Counted from the first letter of the stretch, positions 1 through 10,550 are shown. The stretch is 64,000 nucleotides of DNA from Nitrosopumilus sp. (GCA_965203315.1 OZ241857.1:1344001-1408000), one strand, 5' to 3'. The notes: a model not told the origin generated them from the letters alone. Made by a program: numbers and translations.

Positions 1-247
1 GTGATGCTTGGATAACAAAGTGCCAGATATCGATCAATTCCTCTCTTGCTGCCTTGTGATCAAACTCTGTTGGTATCTTCCACCACTTCCAGTTTGTGGT
101 TCTCTGCAGCTCTATTGCTTCATGAATAATTGCGGTAGATAAAGCAGATACCCTTGATTCAATATCTTTGGGATATCGATCTTGTCTCATCATTGCTGCA
201 AGTTCACTCTGCATTCTGAATATCTTTTCAAGTCGATCTTGCTTCAT
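1..247 (-). CDS. Dimeric (all-alpha, MazG-like) dUTPase, 3' end outside window
   Basis: Manual translation MKQDRLEKIFRMQSELA...IIHEAIEL...NWKWWK...AREELIDIWHF; ExxE, KWWK and EExxDxxHF motifs. Confidence 0.8.
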   Translation of the reverse strand, partial: MKQDRLEKIFRMQSELAAMMRQDRYPKDIESRVSALSTAIIHEAIELQRTTNWKWWKIPTEFDHKAAREELIDIWHFVIQAS

Positions 248-327
248 TAGTATAGTCTACAATACTATGACATTAAATCTTTTAGGCACCTAGTCCGTGT
301 CTTCTCTCGTAAGATTGATTACAGATA

Positions 328-592
328 TAGTTAACCCAAATATGTTTCTTTAGTGAAAGATATTACAACACTTGAGAAAAGTCATGAATCAATTATAACT
401 ACACAACCATGAGTTTGCTTTAAAACAACAACTGGCAAAACCGTTTGATCGATTTACGTCTAGAAACCTCACTTTCATTACAACTTTTGATTAGGAACAC
501 GCTTGTGCAAAAATTACCGAGAGTATCTATTCGGTAATAATCTCAGCGAAACATGACGCTGTCTTTTCAAAAAGGCACATTTGGGTTAACTG
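328..592. mobile_element. Putative MITE, family A (CAGTTAACCCAAAT-type ends)
   Basis: agttaacccaaat at 329-341 is the exact reverse complement of atttgggttaact at 579-591; non-coding interior; related ends at 45923 and 47734. Confidence 0.55.
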
Positions 593-641
593 TTAAAGAG
601 TATAATCAAGTTTCTATGAGACATAGAATTCTGAATCTCGT

Positions 642-1550
642 CTAAAATTTAACCATCTCTTCATATGTCTGAACTCTTTTTGTAACGTCTTGGAGTTTTG
701 TGTCCAGTATGCCATCTACTCCATACTCTTCTACTGCAAACGATCCCATAACATTTCCATAAACAACTCCACGCTTGATATCTTCAAGTCCAGTACGTCC
801 TTTACTAGCTAGATATCCTATCATCGCACCCGCAAACGAGTCTCCAGCACCAGTTGGATCTACAACATCTTGTAATGAGAAACCTGCTGCAGGGAATATC
901 ACATCATCATAAAACATCAACGAACCGTGTTCACCTTTTTTAATAATCACATACTTTGCACCCCACTTTTGCAACTCTTTTGCACACTTTATCAGATTGT
1001 TCTCTCTTGTGAGTAATTTTGCTTCCTCGTCATTTATTACGACGGCATCCACTGACTTTATCATGTTTATTACCGATTGGCGTTTTGTTGTAATCCAAAA
1101 GTCGATCGTATCACACATTGAAAACTTTACATCATCAAACTCTTTAATGATCTCTATATTCTGATCAGGATCATTGTTTGCGAGATAGACAAATTGTGCA
1201 TCTTTGTAACTATCGGGAACGGTTGGCTTAAAGTCGCCTAGTACATTAAGATCAGTTTTTAGTGTGGTCCTAGTGCTTAATGTCTTGTCGTATTCACCAT
1301 CATAATGAAACGTCTTTCCATCTTGTAATACCAATCCATCGAGGTCTAGACGATCCGCCAAGATCTCGTGATACTCTTTCTTAAAGTCCGCTCCAACAAC
1401 TGCTATCAGCCCAGTATCAACAAAGTTACTAGCAGCAATTGCTGCAAATGTAGCGGCTCCGCCCAGTACACTAGAGAGTGTCTTCTTTGGAGTTCGAATT
1501 GTATCCATGGCCACAGAGCCAAAAACTACAAGCAATAATGTGGTGCTCAA
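642..1550 (-). CDS. PfkB-family carbohydrate/nucleoside kinase
   Basis: GGAATFAA N-terminal motif and DPTGAGDSF signature; true start probably a few codons downstream. Confidence 0.9.
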   Translation of the reverse strand: MSTTLLLVVFGSVAMDTIRTPKKTLSSVLGGAATFAAIAASNFVDTGLIAVVGADFKKEYHEILADRLDLDGLVLQDGKTFHYDGEYDKTLSTRTTLKTDLNVLGDFKPTVPDSYKDAQFVYLANNDPDQNIEIIKEFDDVKFSMCDTIDFWITTKRQSVINMIKSVDAVVINDEEAKLLTRENNLIKCAKELQKWGAKYVIIKKGEHGSLMFYDDVIFPAAGFSLQDVVDPTGAGDSFAGAMIGYLASKGRTGLEDIKRGVVYGNVMGSFAVEEYGVDGILDTKLQDVTKRVQTYEEMVKF

Positions 1551-1999
1551 CTATCATCTATAAATTTTCTTGCTTGCTCTGCTGTAGGATAGTACGAGAA
1601 TGGCACCTCGATCGTTGCAATCAATATATCATACTTTGTAGTTCCACTAATCCTCACACGCTGCGCATCTTCATCAGTATCATCATCGATCTTGAAGATT
1701 CCGTTAACAAAACTACTACTTAGTGGAGTTAGTGTAAATGGATCCATTATTCCTTTACCAACCATCTGATCGTCATATTCTACAAAGAACTCTGTCTCAC
1801 CAGCTGTCAATACTAGTAGTGATGGGTTGGTGAACTCTAACTCGATATTATATGTAGTGCCCTGCTCGTCTTGACTAAACAACTCTTTTCTTACAACATC
1901 CACCTGAATACCCTCTGCTGATATGTACTGCGAGTATCCAAATATGGCTATACCCAGCAAGACTATCACTCCTATGCCTGCCTTTCTAGATCTCTCCAT
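1547..1999 (-). CDS. Membrane-anchored LEA-2/WHy-like protein
   Basis: N-terminal TM helix, FTNPS motif, beta-rich domain. Confidence 0.55.
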   Translation of the reverse strand: MERSRKAGIGVIVLLGIAIFGYSQYISAEGIQVDVVRKELFSQDEQGTTYNIELEFTNPSLLVLTAGETEFFVEYDDQMVGKGIMDPFTLTPLSSSFVNGIFKIDDDTDEDAQRVRISGTTKYDILIATIEVPFSYYPTAEQARKFIDDS

Positions 2000-2133
2000 G
2001 ATGTGTATTAAATTGACTACCTTTTAAGCTAAAGAAAGCAAAAATACTAATAATTTGTCTAAAAGATTTAATCTAATATTTGATCTGTTTAAAGTAAATA
2101 AAATAAATCACGACTTGATCAATAGATTTCAAG

Positions 2134-2598
2134 TTGGCTAGAATAAAACTCAGACTCGGCGACAACGAGATCGAGGTTGACTCGAGAGACTTTTACATCG
2201 ACAATGATACAGTAGGTACCGTCATCGATAATCTTACGAGCCATCTACCAGATAACAAGGCAAGTCTAGTCCACATATCTGACCCAAAGGCATACTTGCC
2301 AAACCGATCGGCTCTAGCAAGTCTAGATGATGCAGAAGCGTTTGAACCAGAGTTCAGCGAACCCAAATCAATCTCCACCGATGAGATACGATCAAAACTA
2401 CAAATCTTGGAGTCTAGTAGGTTCTTTGATACGCCAAGAACAGTTGGTGAGATTGCTCAACAACTACGTGAATATGGCTGGTCTGCAAATCTACTTGACA
2501 TATCGATTGTATTGGCAAGGATGGCAATGTACAAAGAACTGGCACGACACACTAGCGACGACAAGGTTCAGTACATGATATATCCACTAGTCGTCTAG
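2134..2598 (+). CDS. Hypothetical protein with C-terminal winged-helix-like region
   Basis: 154-aa ORF; FFDTPRTVGEIAQQLREYGW. Confidence 0.55.
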   Translation: MARIKLRLGDNEIEVDSRDFYIDNDTVGTVIDNLTSHLPDNKASLVHISDPKAYLPNRSALASLDDAEAFEPEFSEPKSISTDEIRSKLQILESSRFFDTPRTVGEIAQQLREYGWSANLLDISIVLARMAMYKELARHTSDDKVQYMIYPLVV

Positions 2599-2792
2599 TT
2601 GTAGTTACATGTGTTACATGTCGTAAATGTGGTTCCATCTAGATGATCAAAATGTGTGTCGCAACGATTGCATGTGTGATGCATATCAAAGTATCCATCA
2701 TGTTCAACTTCACCTACTTGATTTGTACGTAGATCGTCGCTCTTGCACTTTATGCAACGACATCCACAATCTATCTTGATATCTTTGACCAA
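2595..2792 (-). CDS. Small Cys-rich putative zinc-binding protein
   Basis: CGCRCIKC, HHTCNRC, CNTC in 65 aa. Confidence 0.65.
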   Translation of the reverse strand: MVKDIKIDCGCRCIKCKSDDLRTNQVGEVEHDGYFDMHHTCNRCDTHFDHLDGTTFTTCNTCNYN

Positions 2793-2825
2793 TAACTTAT
2801 GTATGGTTGATCTATATACAAACTA

Positions 2826-2978
2826 ATGGCAGAGCGCACGATACCGATCGAGATCGACGAACACTTTAAGCTGTTTGGCAAGGAACCTTGGGAGGTTGAT
2901 TATGGCGAGCGCTGTCCTGTATGTGATGTCAGAATCGATGAGTATGGATTCTGTTCATGTGGTTCTAGTGGAGAGTAA
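2826..2978 (+). CDS. Small putative zinc-binding protein (50 aa, below ORF-track cutoff)
   Basis: MAERTIPIEIDEHFKLFGKEPWEVDYGERCPVCDVRIDEYGFCSCGSSGE*. Confidence 0.7.
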   Translation: MAERTIPIEIDEHFKLFGKEPWEVDYGERCPVCDVRIDEYGFCSCGSSGE

Positions 2979-3794
2979 TACGTCTAGCTAGTGGAATCAT
3001 CAGAATTATCATAAACCCAACAACCAATGGAATCATCATTGAAAACTCTGGAATAACGGTCGTACCTACCATAACTATCTCGCCTGGCTCAGATGGTTTC
3101 ATATGAACCCAGACATGCGTATCATTTCTATGATCGATCTGCGCAAAGAGTCTCTCTTCGTTTAGGAATACACTATATGGCTCTCCTAGTAGCTCTAATG
3201 GCATCACAATAGTCAGATACTGATCTGCTGTTGAAACGTCAACAGAGATACTCTTTGTCGGCTGTTCAAACACAAAGTCTTCCACCATCAAATGTGTAAT
3301 GATTTCAACATCAAACCGTCTGTCCTCCCATGTTGCATATTTTACAATACTCTTCTCACCTAACGAATACTCTAGTGTGATCTGACATCCATGACATACA
3401 ACTCCATCACTTTCATCCATGTGGATACTACGGCCATTTAGATATACAACTTGGACATCATCTGGAAAACTAAATTTGGTTGTCATTTGATAATGAAACT
3501 CCCAACTCCAATATTCTCTATCTTTTATTATTGCATCTTTTAGTTTATACTCTACGATCAAATTGGTAGTAGACGGTAGTAACAAGATTCTACCATCTCC
3601 AACCATCTCGTATGCCTTTACTTGACCGTCCTCATCTGTAACCGTTATGTTTGTAGGAGTTCCTTTTATGAGATCAAGATGCTGTGGTGTACCAGAACGT
3701 ACAACTGTGTGCTTTACATTAGCGACACCGTCAGAGCTAGTTGCAATCTCCACTCGCAGTTGGTTGGCATCTATTTCAACATCGGCTTGTTGAG

Positions 3795-4799
3795 TGTCTT
3801 AAATGAAAATTATTTCACACTTTCAGAATTTTGATCTGCCCACTTGGGATCTCGTCTAATTTTGGCACTAGCTCGCTTTGCTCTAAACGCCTTGAGAGGT
3901 GTCTCGCCATTTTTCATATCTAGTGCAAAATGTAATCTTCGTTCATTATAGTATCTGATATATTCATCCACACGATCGTAATGTCCCACCTCATTTTCAA
4001 ATGTCCCAAAGAATCTCTCTATCTTACCGTTGGTTTGTGGACGACCCACTCCTGCAAGTATGTGGATAATTTTACGTTTGTGTAGTGCTCTTTCAAAGAT
4101 CGTGAGTTTCTTTTGACCTTTCTTTGGTTTTTTGTTAGACGTAAACTGAGTTCCATGATCAGATAGTATCTGTGCAGGTCTCCCAAATGTCTTGATTGCT
4201 TCATCCAATACAAGTAACGCGTTTTCTGTTGTTGCATGTTCAAAGACTCCAAAGCCTGTAATACATCTAGAAGCGTCGTCTAGGTAGCAAATCAGGTATA
4301 GTTTTCCCCATCTTGGGTCGTCTATTAGGTGCCAGTCTACATGCCACATGGCATTGGAGTATTTACGTTCAAAACGAATCCAATCACGACGTCTTCTCTT
4401 TGCAGGTGCTGGAGATGCTAAACCTTTTGCTTTCATTATTTTTTGTACAGTATCGTAGCTTATTTGCATGTGGGAATTACGAAGTTGTTGCGCAAGACGA
4501 ATTGCACCTTGAGGATCAGTATCGTACGCTTCAACTACCATTTGAATCTCCTTGGCAGTTGGTTCTCGCTTTGGTCTTCCAACCTTGAGTTGTTTTGGAG
4601 CCGAGCCTGTCTTGACATAACGCTCGTATATTTGATATACTCGTCTTGGCGTTACTTTCATTCTGCTTGCTATGATGGAGGAACTGGTGCCTTTCTTTCT
4701 CTCTCGTATTATGTACGCTATCTGCTTCTCATTCAGCTTCATCTACGCTACTGTTTTATTCTACTCTCTTTATATATGAAATAATTTTCATTTAAGACA
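3795..4799 (-). mobile_element. IS481-family insertion sequence, 1005 bp
   Basis: Perfect 23-bp TIRs TGTCTTAAATGAAAATTATTTCA (3795-3817, 4777-4799); 15-bp TSD CATCGGCTTGTTGAG at 3780-3794 and 4800-4814. Confidence 0.95.
3810..4742 (-). CDS. IS481-family DDE (rve integrase core) transposase
   Basis: N-terminal HTH; WHVD, LSDHGTQF, PQTNGKIERF, YYNERRLH. Confidence 0.93.
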   Translation of the reverse strand: MKLNEKQIAYIIRERKKGTSSSIIASRMKVTPRRVYQIYERYVKTGSAPKQLKVGRPKREPTAKEIQMVVEAYDTDPQGAIRLAQQLRNSHMQISYDTVQKIMKAKGLASPAPAKRRRRDWIRFERKYSNAMWHVDWHLIDDPRWGKLYLICYLDDASRCITGFGVFEHATTENALLVLDEAIKTFGRPAQILSDHGTQFTSNKKPKKGQKKLTIFERALHKRKIIHILAGVGRPQTNGKIERFFGTFENEVGHYDRVDEYIRYYNERRLHFALDMKNGETPLKAFRAKRASAKIRRDPKWADQNSESVK

Positions 4800-4881
4800 C
4801 ATCGGCTTGTTGAGCAAATACATTAAAAGCTGTTAGAGCTATAGATGCAACCAATACTAGTACAACAATATGCGGTATCAT

Positions 4882-5370
4882 CTACTCCACTGTAATATGG
4901 ATCATTGTAGCCTTTTCTAACGGACAATCTTTATCATCTCGCTCTAGATTGACGATCTTGTCTGCTACTTCGATACCATCAACAACCTCGCCAAATACAG
5001 TATACTGTCTATCTAGAAATGTACTATCTGTTGTAACAATAAAGAACTGTGAACCAGCACTATCAGGATCTTGGGCTCTTGCCATCGAGACTATTCCTCT
5101 CAGATGTGATCTAGTGTTAAACTCTGCTTTTATCGTATATCCTGGTCCGCCGGTACCCCACGAACCTCCGTTATCTGTCTTTGTGTTAGGATCGCCACCT
5201 TGTATCATAAAACCAGGAATAACTCTATGGAATAGTGTTCCATCATAGAATCCCTTCTTTACTAGATCTTTAAAGTTTCTAACAGTCTCTGGTGCCAGCT
5301 CGGGTAAGAGTTTAAACGATATGTTACCAAAGTTTGTCTCAATCTTTACTGTGCTCATATGCCGACTCAC
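4882..5370 (-). CDS. Cyclophilin-type peptidyl-prolyl isomerase
   Basis: FHRVIPGFMIQGGD, SMARAQDPDSAGSQFFI. Confidence 0.95.
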   Translation of the reverse strand: MSRHMSTVKIETNFGNISFKLLPELAPETVRNFKDLVKKGFYDGTLFHRVIPGFMIQGGDPNTKTDNGGSWGTGGPGYTIKAEFNTRSHLRGIVSMARAQDPDSAGSQFFIVTTDSTFLDRQYTVFGEVVDGIEVADKIVNLERDDKDCPLEKATMIHITVE

Positions 5371-5493
5371 AGTATGTTATCATAAGAGTCTTTTGCCAAA
5401 TCGGCTTTTAGATACTATCTCTAAATGCCATAGATATTAGTAAAGTCTTACAAAATTATAACGTTATATAGAACAACTAAAGTTTAGAATCTA

Positions 5494-5793
5494 TTGAGCA
5501 GTACAAACCAAAGTACAAACATTAAGAATGCAATCACATCTTATCTTGATCAGGGATTAACCGACAGGACAGATATCTACAACAAAGTTGTTGAGGATCT
5601 TGGTGTGCCAAGACCCACTGTACGAAGAGTCGCACGTGATCTGAGGACAGAGCTACTAGAAAAGATACAACAGTTGGAAGACAATGCAAAAGGTACAGAG
5701 AAGAAACGTGATCGTACTTTAAAGAAAGATCTACAAAACAAGATGGATGTTCTCAAAGCTGGAGTATCTAAGTCTGAAACGAAAAAAGACTAG
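5494..5793 (+). CDS. Hypothetical protein, possible HTH plus coiled coil
   Basis: LGVPRPTVRRVARDL; T-rich tract after stop. Confidence 0.55.
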   Translation: MSSTNQSTNIKNAITSYLDQGLTDRTDIYNKVVEDLGVPRPTVRRVARDLRTELLEKIQQLEDNAKGTEKKRDRTLKKDLQNKMDVLKAGVSKSETKKD

Positions 5794-6101
5794 GACTATT
5801 CTTTAAACCCTTTTTTTAATTCAACTAGAGTAAACTCTCGAGTCCATAGATCATTTCATTGTTTGCAATTTTAATTGTTAACGAATAGTTGAGAGTTTTA
5901 CCGATCAGTCACATCCAACTCACTCTTGAATTACCTGTAATAATCACACATGTCAGATAAATGCATAATATCTGAATTTAGCGAATCGATAGTCAAGATC
6001 GTCTCCTAGTCCATATTGCCGAATATGGAACGCATAGTAGTATATACGCAAGCCATGTTCATAGCATTACTGTTATAAACAATAATCTATCCGTATCTTT
6101 T

Positions 6102-6575
6102 ATGGGATATTTAGGAAACCACCTTGCTACTGTAGCAACTGGTGCGTTTGCAGCTGTCCTTACTGCTCTATGGCCTTACTTTGTAGACTTTGCACCGATC
6201 TTGAACTTTGTATTTATAATGGCTGTACCCATAACTTGGTTTCTGACATTTACTTGTTGGATAGCGCAAAAGAGTGCAGACTATATGCATACACACGCTC
6301 CACCATCTAAACATGGCGAAAAAAAAAGCTTGACTAACGCCGAGGTCATTCAAACAACCTCTAGTTCACAGATAACTGTCTATGATATACACAAAGCTCA
6401 AGATGAACTCGTAGCTGAGCTAGATAGCTTGAAAGAGTCTATGAAGATAAAGGATAGTGAGATAGAACGACTCAATCAAGAGATTGCCAATCTACAAACT
6501 CTTGTACAGATCGAGTCACTAAAGACAGAACTCGCAAATCTAAAGATACTTGCATCCAAGACAAAGTCCAAATGA
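6102..6575 (+). CDS. Two-TM membrane protein with C-terminal coiled coil
   Basis: Two hydrophobic segments then heptad-rich tail. Confidence 0.65.
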   Translation: MGYLGNHLATVATGAFAAVLTALWPYFVDFAPILNFVFIMAVPITWFLTFTCWIAQKSADYMHTHAPPSKHGEKKSLTNAEVIQTTSSSQITVYDIHKAQDELVAELDSLKESMKIKDSEIERLNQEIANLQTLVQIESLKTELANLKILASKTKSK

Positions 6576-6683
6576 TCACTTACAGTGTGTACAAGTCACA
6601 CCATGATTTTGTTTACAACTAGGACAGCTTACTGCCCCTCCATAGTGACACTTGCATGGACACAACTCGGTAGGATCTCTCAT

Positions 6684-7229
6684 CTATGCGGACAACCTTC
6701 TTGCCATCTCTAAAGTCTCATCGACCATTGTAGTCAATCTCTTTTGCGAGTCTTCATCAACTATTGAGCCTTCTACGATAGACTCTGTTGTTAGATAGAC
6801 TGCCTTTGGATTTGCGACAACTCTAAAGTACGATAACAACTGTGTCAGTATGGTCTGTACGTCAATAAAACCGATATTTCCAGCTGCCATAATCACCATA
6901 CCTCCAACTTTACCTTCAGTCTTTTTATAATTGACATACTCGAAGAGATTCTTTATCGCTGAACTAAAGAACGAGTTGTATATGGGGGTTCCAATCAGCC
7001 AGACATCAGCAGCCATTATGCTCTCAGCAGCTGCCTTTGTAGATTCATTATACACCTCGTCTGGTCCTCGATAACACTCAACTTTACCATCTGATAGATC
7101 AATCAACTGTGTATCCTTATTCTTTGTACATGCATACTCGTAGACTTTATTCATGGCAATCAATGTGTTTGAGGTCTTTCTTGGACTACCCGATATTACG
7201 ACAACCTTCACATCTTTTGAGATTGACAT
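6684..7229 (-). CDS. NADPH-dependent FMN reductase family flavoprotein
   Basis: SGSPRKTSNT, GTPIYNS...AIKN; ATG at 7229 preferred over 7262. Confidence 0.88.
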   Translation of the reverse strand: MSISKDVKVVVISGSPRKTSNTLIAMNKVYEYACTKNKDTQLIDLSDGKVECYRGPDEVYNESTKAAAESIMAADVWLIGTPIYNSFFSSAIKNLFEYVNYKKTEGKVGGMVIMAAGNIGFIDVQTILTQLLSYFRVVANPKAVYLTTESIVEGSIVDEDSQKRLTTMVDETLEMARRLSA

Positions 7230-7433
7230 CTGTCTATTTAAATCACCACGTGATCTATACAACTCGAGACTGGAATAACAACATATTCTGATATCTAGTG
7301 GATCTTGTTTACTATTTTGTACACTTGATATACATTAGAATATGACAGAGATCTAGTTTGTAGATATACAAGAGTGAATTACATCTAATTTAGTGACTAT
7401 ACAACTATATCGACAGATCTATGAAGAGATAGA

Positions 7434-7525
7434 CGGGCTTGGAGGGCTTCGATCCCTCGACCTGTAACTTAGGAGGCTACCACGCTATCCATATTTCGCA
7501 TCAACTGATTCTGCGCCACAAGCCC
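7434..7525 (-). tRNA. tRNA-Arg(CCT) with ~15-18-nt non-canonical intron in D-loop
   Basis: Acceptor GGGCTTG/CAAGCCC, anticodon arm GTAGC-CTCCTAA-GTTAC, T arm GAGGG-ATCGAAG-CCCTC; 92 nt in total. Confidence 0.85.
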
Positions 7526-7569
7526 AGCACAAAGAACGTTCCTAATTATTTAAATCGTTAAACCAAATA

Positions 7570-8286
7570 TTATAGTCTGACGTTCTCCATCTCTTTGATC
7601 ATCTCTTGTATGTTGGTCCATTCACGTACTATGCTATTGTCCCATCTCTCAAAGTATACCACATCTTTTAATTTCAGTCTTGGTAACCATCCTGCCTTTT
7701 CTAGATCTGGTTTATCTGCAAATTCCTCTACGTGACCCAGACATAGATATGCAATTGGAATAATATGACTTGGCAAGTCTAACATATCACGCAGTACTGT
7801 ATTGGATAGTATGCTGACCCATCCCATTCCTATATCCTCAGCACGTGCCGCTAACCACAAATTCTGTATTGCACAACAGACACTATACATTCCAGTATCT
7901 GGAATACTAGTTCGCCCTATTACAAATGGACCAAATCTTGAAGGATCATACGTAACACATAGATTTACCGATGACTCCAAGATTCCTTCCAACTTTAAAG
8001 CAAGATACTTTGATCTCTTTGGTTCTTGTACAAGTTTGGCTGACTCAATCTTCTCTCTCTCGAATGACTCTCTGATCTTCTTACGTGTAGTGATATCTCG
8101 GATCAGTATAAAGTTCCATGGCTGCGAAAATCCTACAGATGGTGCATGATGTGCTGCATGAAGAATCTTGGCCAAAGTTTCATCTTTGATCGGTTTTGGA
8201 ATAAAACTCGATCTCACATCTCTTCTGGTGTATACTGCTTTGTAGAACCCGTTCTTCTCTTCATCTGTAAAATCATTCATCTGCAT
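7570..8286 (-). CDS. bluB: 5,6-dimethylbenzimidazole synthase (nitroreductase fold)
   Basis: RRDVR, APSVGFSQPWNF, LKLEGI, QNLWLAARAE.IGMGWVS. Confidence 0.9.
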   Translation of the reverse strand: MQMNDFTDEEKNGFYKAVYTRRDVRSSFIPKPIKDETLAKILHAAHHAPSVGFSQPWNFILIRDITTRKKIRESFEREKIESAKLVQEPKRSKYLALKLEGILESSVNLCVTYDPSRFGPFVIGRTSIPDTGMYSVCCAIQNLWLAARAEDIGMGWVSILSNTVLRDMLDLPSHIIPIAYLCLGHVEEFADKPDLEKAGWLPRLKLKDVVYFERWDNSIVREWTNIQEMIKEMENVRL

Positions 8287-8349
8287 CTATACTGTACCAG
8301 TTCATTTGTTAAACGTTAATAATGACTAGCTCTAGTTTTCTACTTGATT

Positions 8350-8423
8350 GGGCCGGTAGTCTAGTTGGTTAGGATACCGCCTCGACACGGCGGTGATCGT
8401 GAGTTCGAATCTCTCTCGGCCCA
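8350..8423 (+). tRNA. tRNA-Val(GAC)
   Basis: Cloverleaf; anticodon arm CCGCC-TCGACAC-GGCGG; TTCGAAT loop. Confidence 0.93.
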
Positions 8424-8424
8424 C

Positions 8425-8922
8425 TCATCTTAATTCGATTCTGAACTCTTTCTCACCGATACTCCATGAGGTCTCTGTAACTAGTAGTCCCTCTGCTACA
8501 TAGTTGGTGATCTCTTCATTTATCATAGTGGTATAGATGTCAGAGTTGCTCTCTGTCTTCGATATGGTAAATGTGCTCTTTAGTGGAACTTGAGAGTCTG
8601 GATAGAACACAGCTCGTCCAGGTAGTGCAATATCAGCTGTAGAGTATTGACCAGAACCCAACTCTACTCCATTGCCAACTAGGGTGTATCCTATCTGTGA
8701 TACCGTAAATGTCTTGTCGCTTGGATTTGTGATCAAGAATGTCACATCAAACTCTGCCTGGTTCTTTATCGCATCGACGTCTCGTAGTTCGACCCCGATC
8801 AAGTCAATCTCTGCTTGTTCAAGTTTTTCATTATCTAAACTTGCATAGTAGATGATTCCACCCATCAACGCGAGGGTTCCTGCAATGGCAGCATATACAG
8901 TCATCTTACTTTGTAATTGCAC
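8425..8922 (-). CDS. Membrane-anchored LEA-2/WHy-like protein
   Basis: N-terminal TM, FLITNPS, Y.L..NG.ELGSG. Confidence 0.6.
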   Translation of the reverse strand: MQLQSKMTVYAAIAGTLALMGGIIYYASLDNEKLEQAEIDLIGVELRDVDAIKNQAEFDVTFLITNPSDKTFTVSQIGYTLVGNGVELGSGQYSTADIALPGRAVFYPDSQVPLKSTFTISKTESNSDIYTTMINEEITNYVAEGLLVTETSWSIGEKEFRIELR

Positions 8923-9001
8923 GTTAATGATACTCTGCTGTGTACAACTAAAAAAGGTTGAGATCCAATAAATAATATTTGATCCAAGTTGTTGCTATCT
9001 G

Positions 9002-9499
9002 ATGGCAGCACTAGAGCAAGCACTACTAACTTGGATACATCTAATCGCAGCGGCAATATGGGTTGGAGGTTCACTCTTTATCGGGATCGTCTTTTCACCA
9101 CTACTCAAGACGATGGCAAATTCCATTCAAGATAGGATTCAGATAATGATTCTCGTTGGGAGAAGATTCAACAAGATAGCTGTACCATCACTGATAATCT
9201 TGATGGCAACAGGTGTATACAATGCACACGGTCTACTAGGCAATCCCAATCTCTTGTTTGCTAGTAGTTATGGTACATTTCTGTTCATAAAGATATGTCT
9301 AGTCGTGGCGTTGATCATCACCTATGTTGTACATGTACGAGTAATCCGTAAAGATGTCCAAGATGCAATAATGTCAAATAAAATGTCGGATATAGAGATA
9401 CAAAAGATTCGTAAAAAGATAATAATCTTGGGTGAGATCACTGTAGTCTTGTCTATTGTGATCTTGTTGCTTGCCGCATTACTCGATGCCGGCGTCTGA
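9002..9499 (+). CDS. CopD-family copper resistance membrane protein
   Basis: WIHLIAAAIWVGG, ATGVYN, YG.FLFIK; four TMs. Confidence 0.8.
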   Translation: MAALEQALLTWIHLIAAAIWVGGSLFIGIVFSPLLKTMANSIQDRIQIMILVGRRFNKIAVPSLIILMATGVYNAHGLLGNPNLLFASSYGTFLFIKICLVVALIITYVVHVRVIRKDVQDAIMSNKMSDIEIQKIRKKIIILGEITVVLSIVILLLAALLDAGV

Positions 9500-10498
9500 C
9501 GTACCTTGAATTATAACACGATACCCATCTATGTCTTTTGTACCGTACTTGCACCCAGTAATCTTTGCTGCAACGTATAGATTTGTCTGTAGATGATCTG
9601 TTAGGTGTCTAGTATCGAATATAGTCTTTCCAGAACTTAGGCTTGCCGGTACAACCAACATATCTGCTAGATTGTCATCAACTGATGTATCTACAATAAA
9701 CTTTTTCAGATCTAGATCAAATCGTCCTCTCTTTTTATTGTATAATGCATCTGTTCCTATTACAGAGTTTTGATCACGACTAAATACAACTATGGCAGCT
9801 GCAGAGTCTAAAGCCGGCGTCTCATCTATACTGATATGCACATTAAACCCACGTCTAACTAGTTCTCTCTTGATCTCTAGAATACTAGCTTGTATTGTAC
9901 TCTTTGATATCTTTGAGTACGTACATGATATGTTGACATCTCTTGTAATCCTTGATGTGAATACAGCTGATCGAATTTTAGACGGCTCTAACTCTAACAG
10001 TACTCTTCCTCTACCACTTGGATAGTATCCTCGCCTGATCGTTGTTATGGTAGATGATAGCCCCATTCTAGACATTGCTGCACTTAAAACTAATCTGGTA
10101 TAATCCATTGTAGGACTCCATGGAACATCTGTCCCTCCTGTTATCTCTACTTGTAGTCTCTTCTTTAATGATACAGCAAGTGGAATTATACTCTGTATTA
10201 CCAACGATATACTACCAGCTGTTCTGATATCGTAATGGATTGATCCATGTTGTATCTTATCTGGAATAAACTCTAGTTCAGTTGAGTTCAGACGAGCTCC
10301 CGATACTTTGGCAGATGTGAGTTGTTGCATTATATTTACTACAGCTAGATGTTGTGGACGCAAGCCAGCTATTCTACGATTCTTTCTCATGTTTGTCAGA
10401 CGAATAGGTCTTCTCGTAATACATGATAGTGTTAGTGCAGACCGAATTATCTGTCCTCCTCCTTCTCCACGCCCTCCATCGATTACTATTGGTTTCAT
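9479..10498 (-). CDS. rtcA: RNA 3'-terminal phosphate cyclase
   Basis: DGGRGEGGGQIIR, GLRPQHL, GGTDVPWSP, RRGYYP, HLQTN. Confidence 0.9.
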   Translation of the reverse strand: MKPIVIDGGRGEGGGQIIRSALTLSCITRRPIRLTNMRKNRRIAGLRPQHLAVVNIMQQLTSAKVSGARLNSTELEFIPDKIQHGSIHYDIRTAGSISLVIQSIIPLAVSLKKRLQVEITGGTDVPWSPTMDYTRLVLSAAMSRMGLSSTITTIRRGYYPSGRGRVLLELEPSKIRSAVFTSRITRDVNISCTYSKISKSTIQASILEIKRELVRRGFNVHISIDETPALDSAAAIVVFSRDQNSVIGTDALYNKKRGRFDLDLKKFIVDTSVDDNLADMLVVPASLSSGKTIFDTRHLTDHLQTNLYVAAKITGCKYGTKDIDGYRVIIQGTSDAGIE

Positions 10499-10550
10499 AA
10501 TTTGATATATTGTGATAGTTTTTTAAAAGAATATTATCTAAAGCAAAGCT

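Larger units (their letters stand above)
2965..4881 (-). pseudogene. PEF(G)-CTERM surface protein interrupted by an IS481 element
   Basis: Signal peptide MIPHIVVLVLVASIALTAFNVFAQQAD starts at 4881; removing the IS and one TSD restores the frame into VEIDANQLRVEIATS...; C-terminus TTVIPEF + TM + basic tail. Confidence 0.88.
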
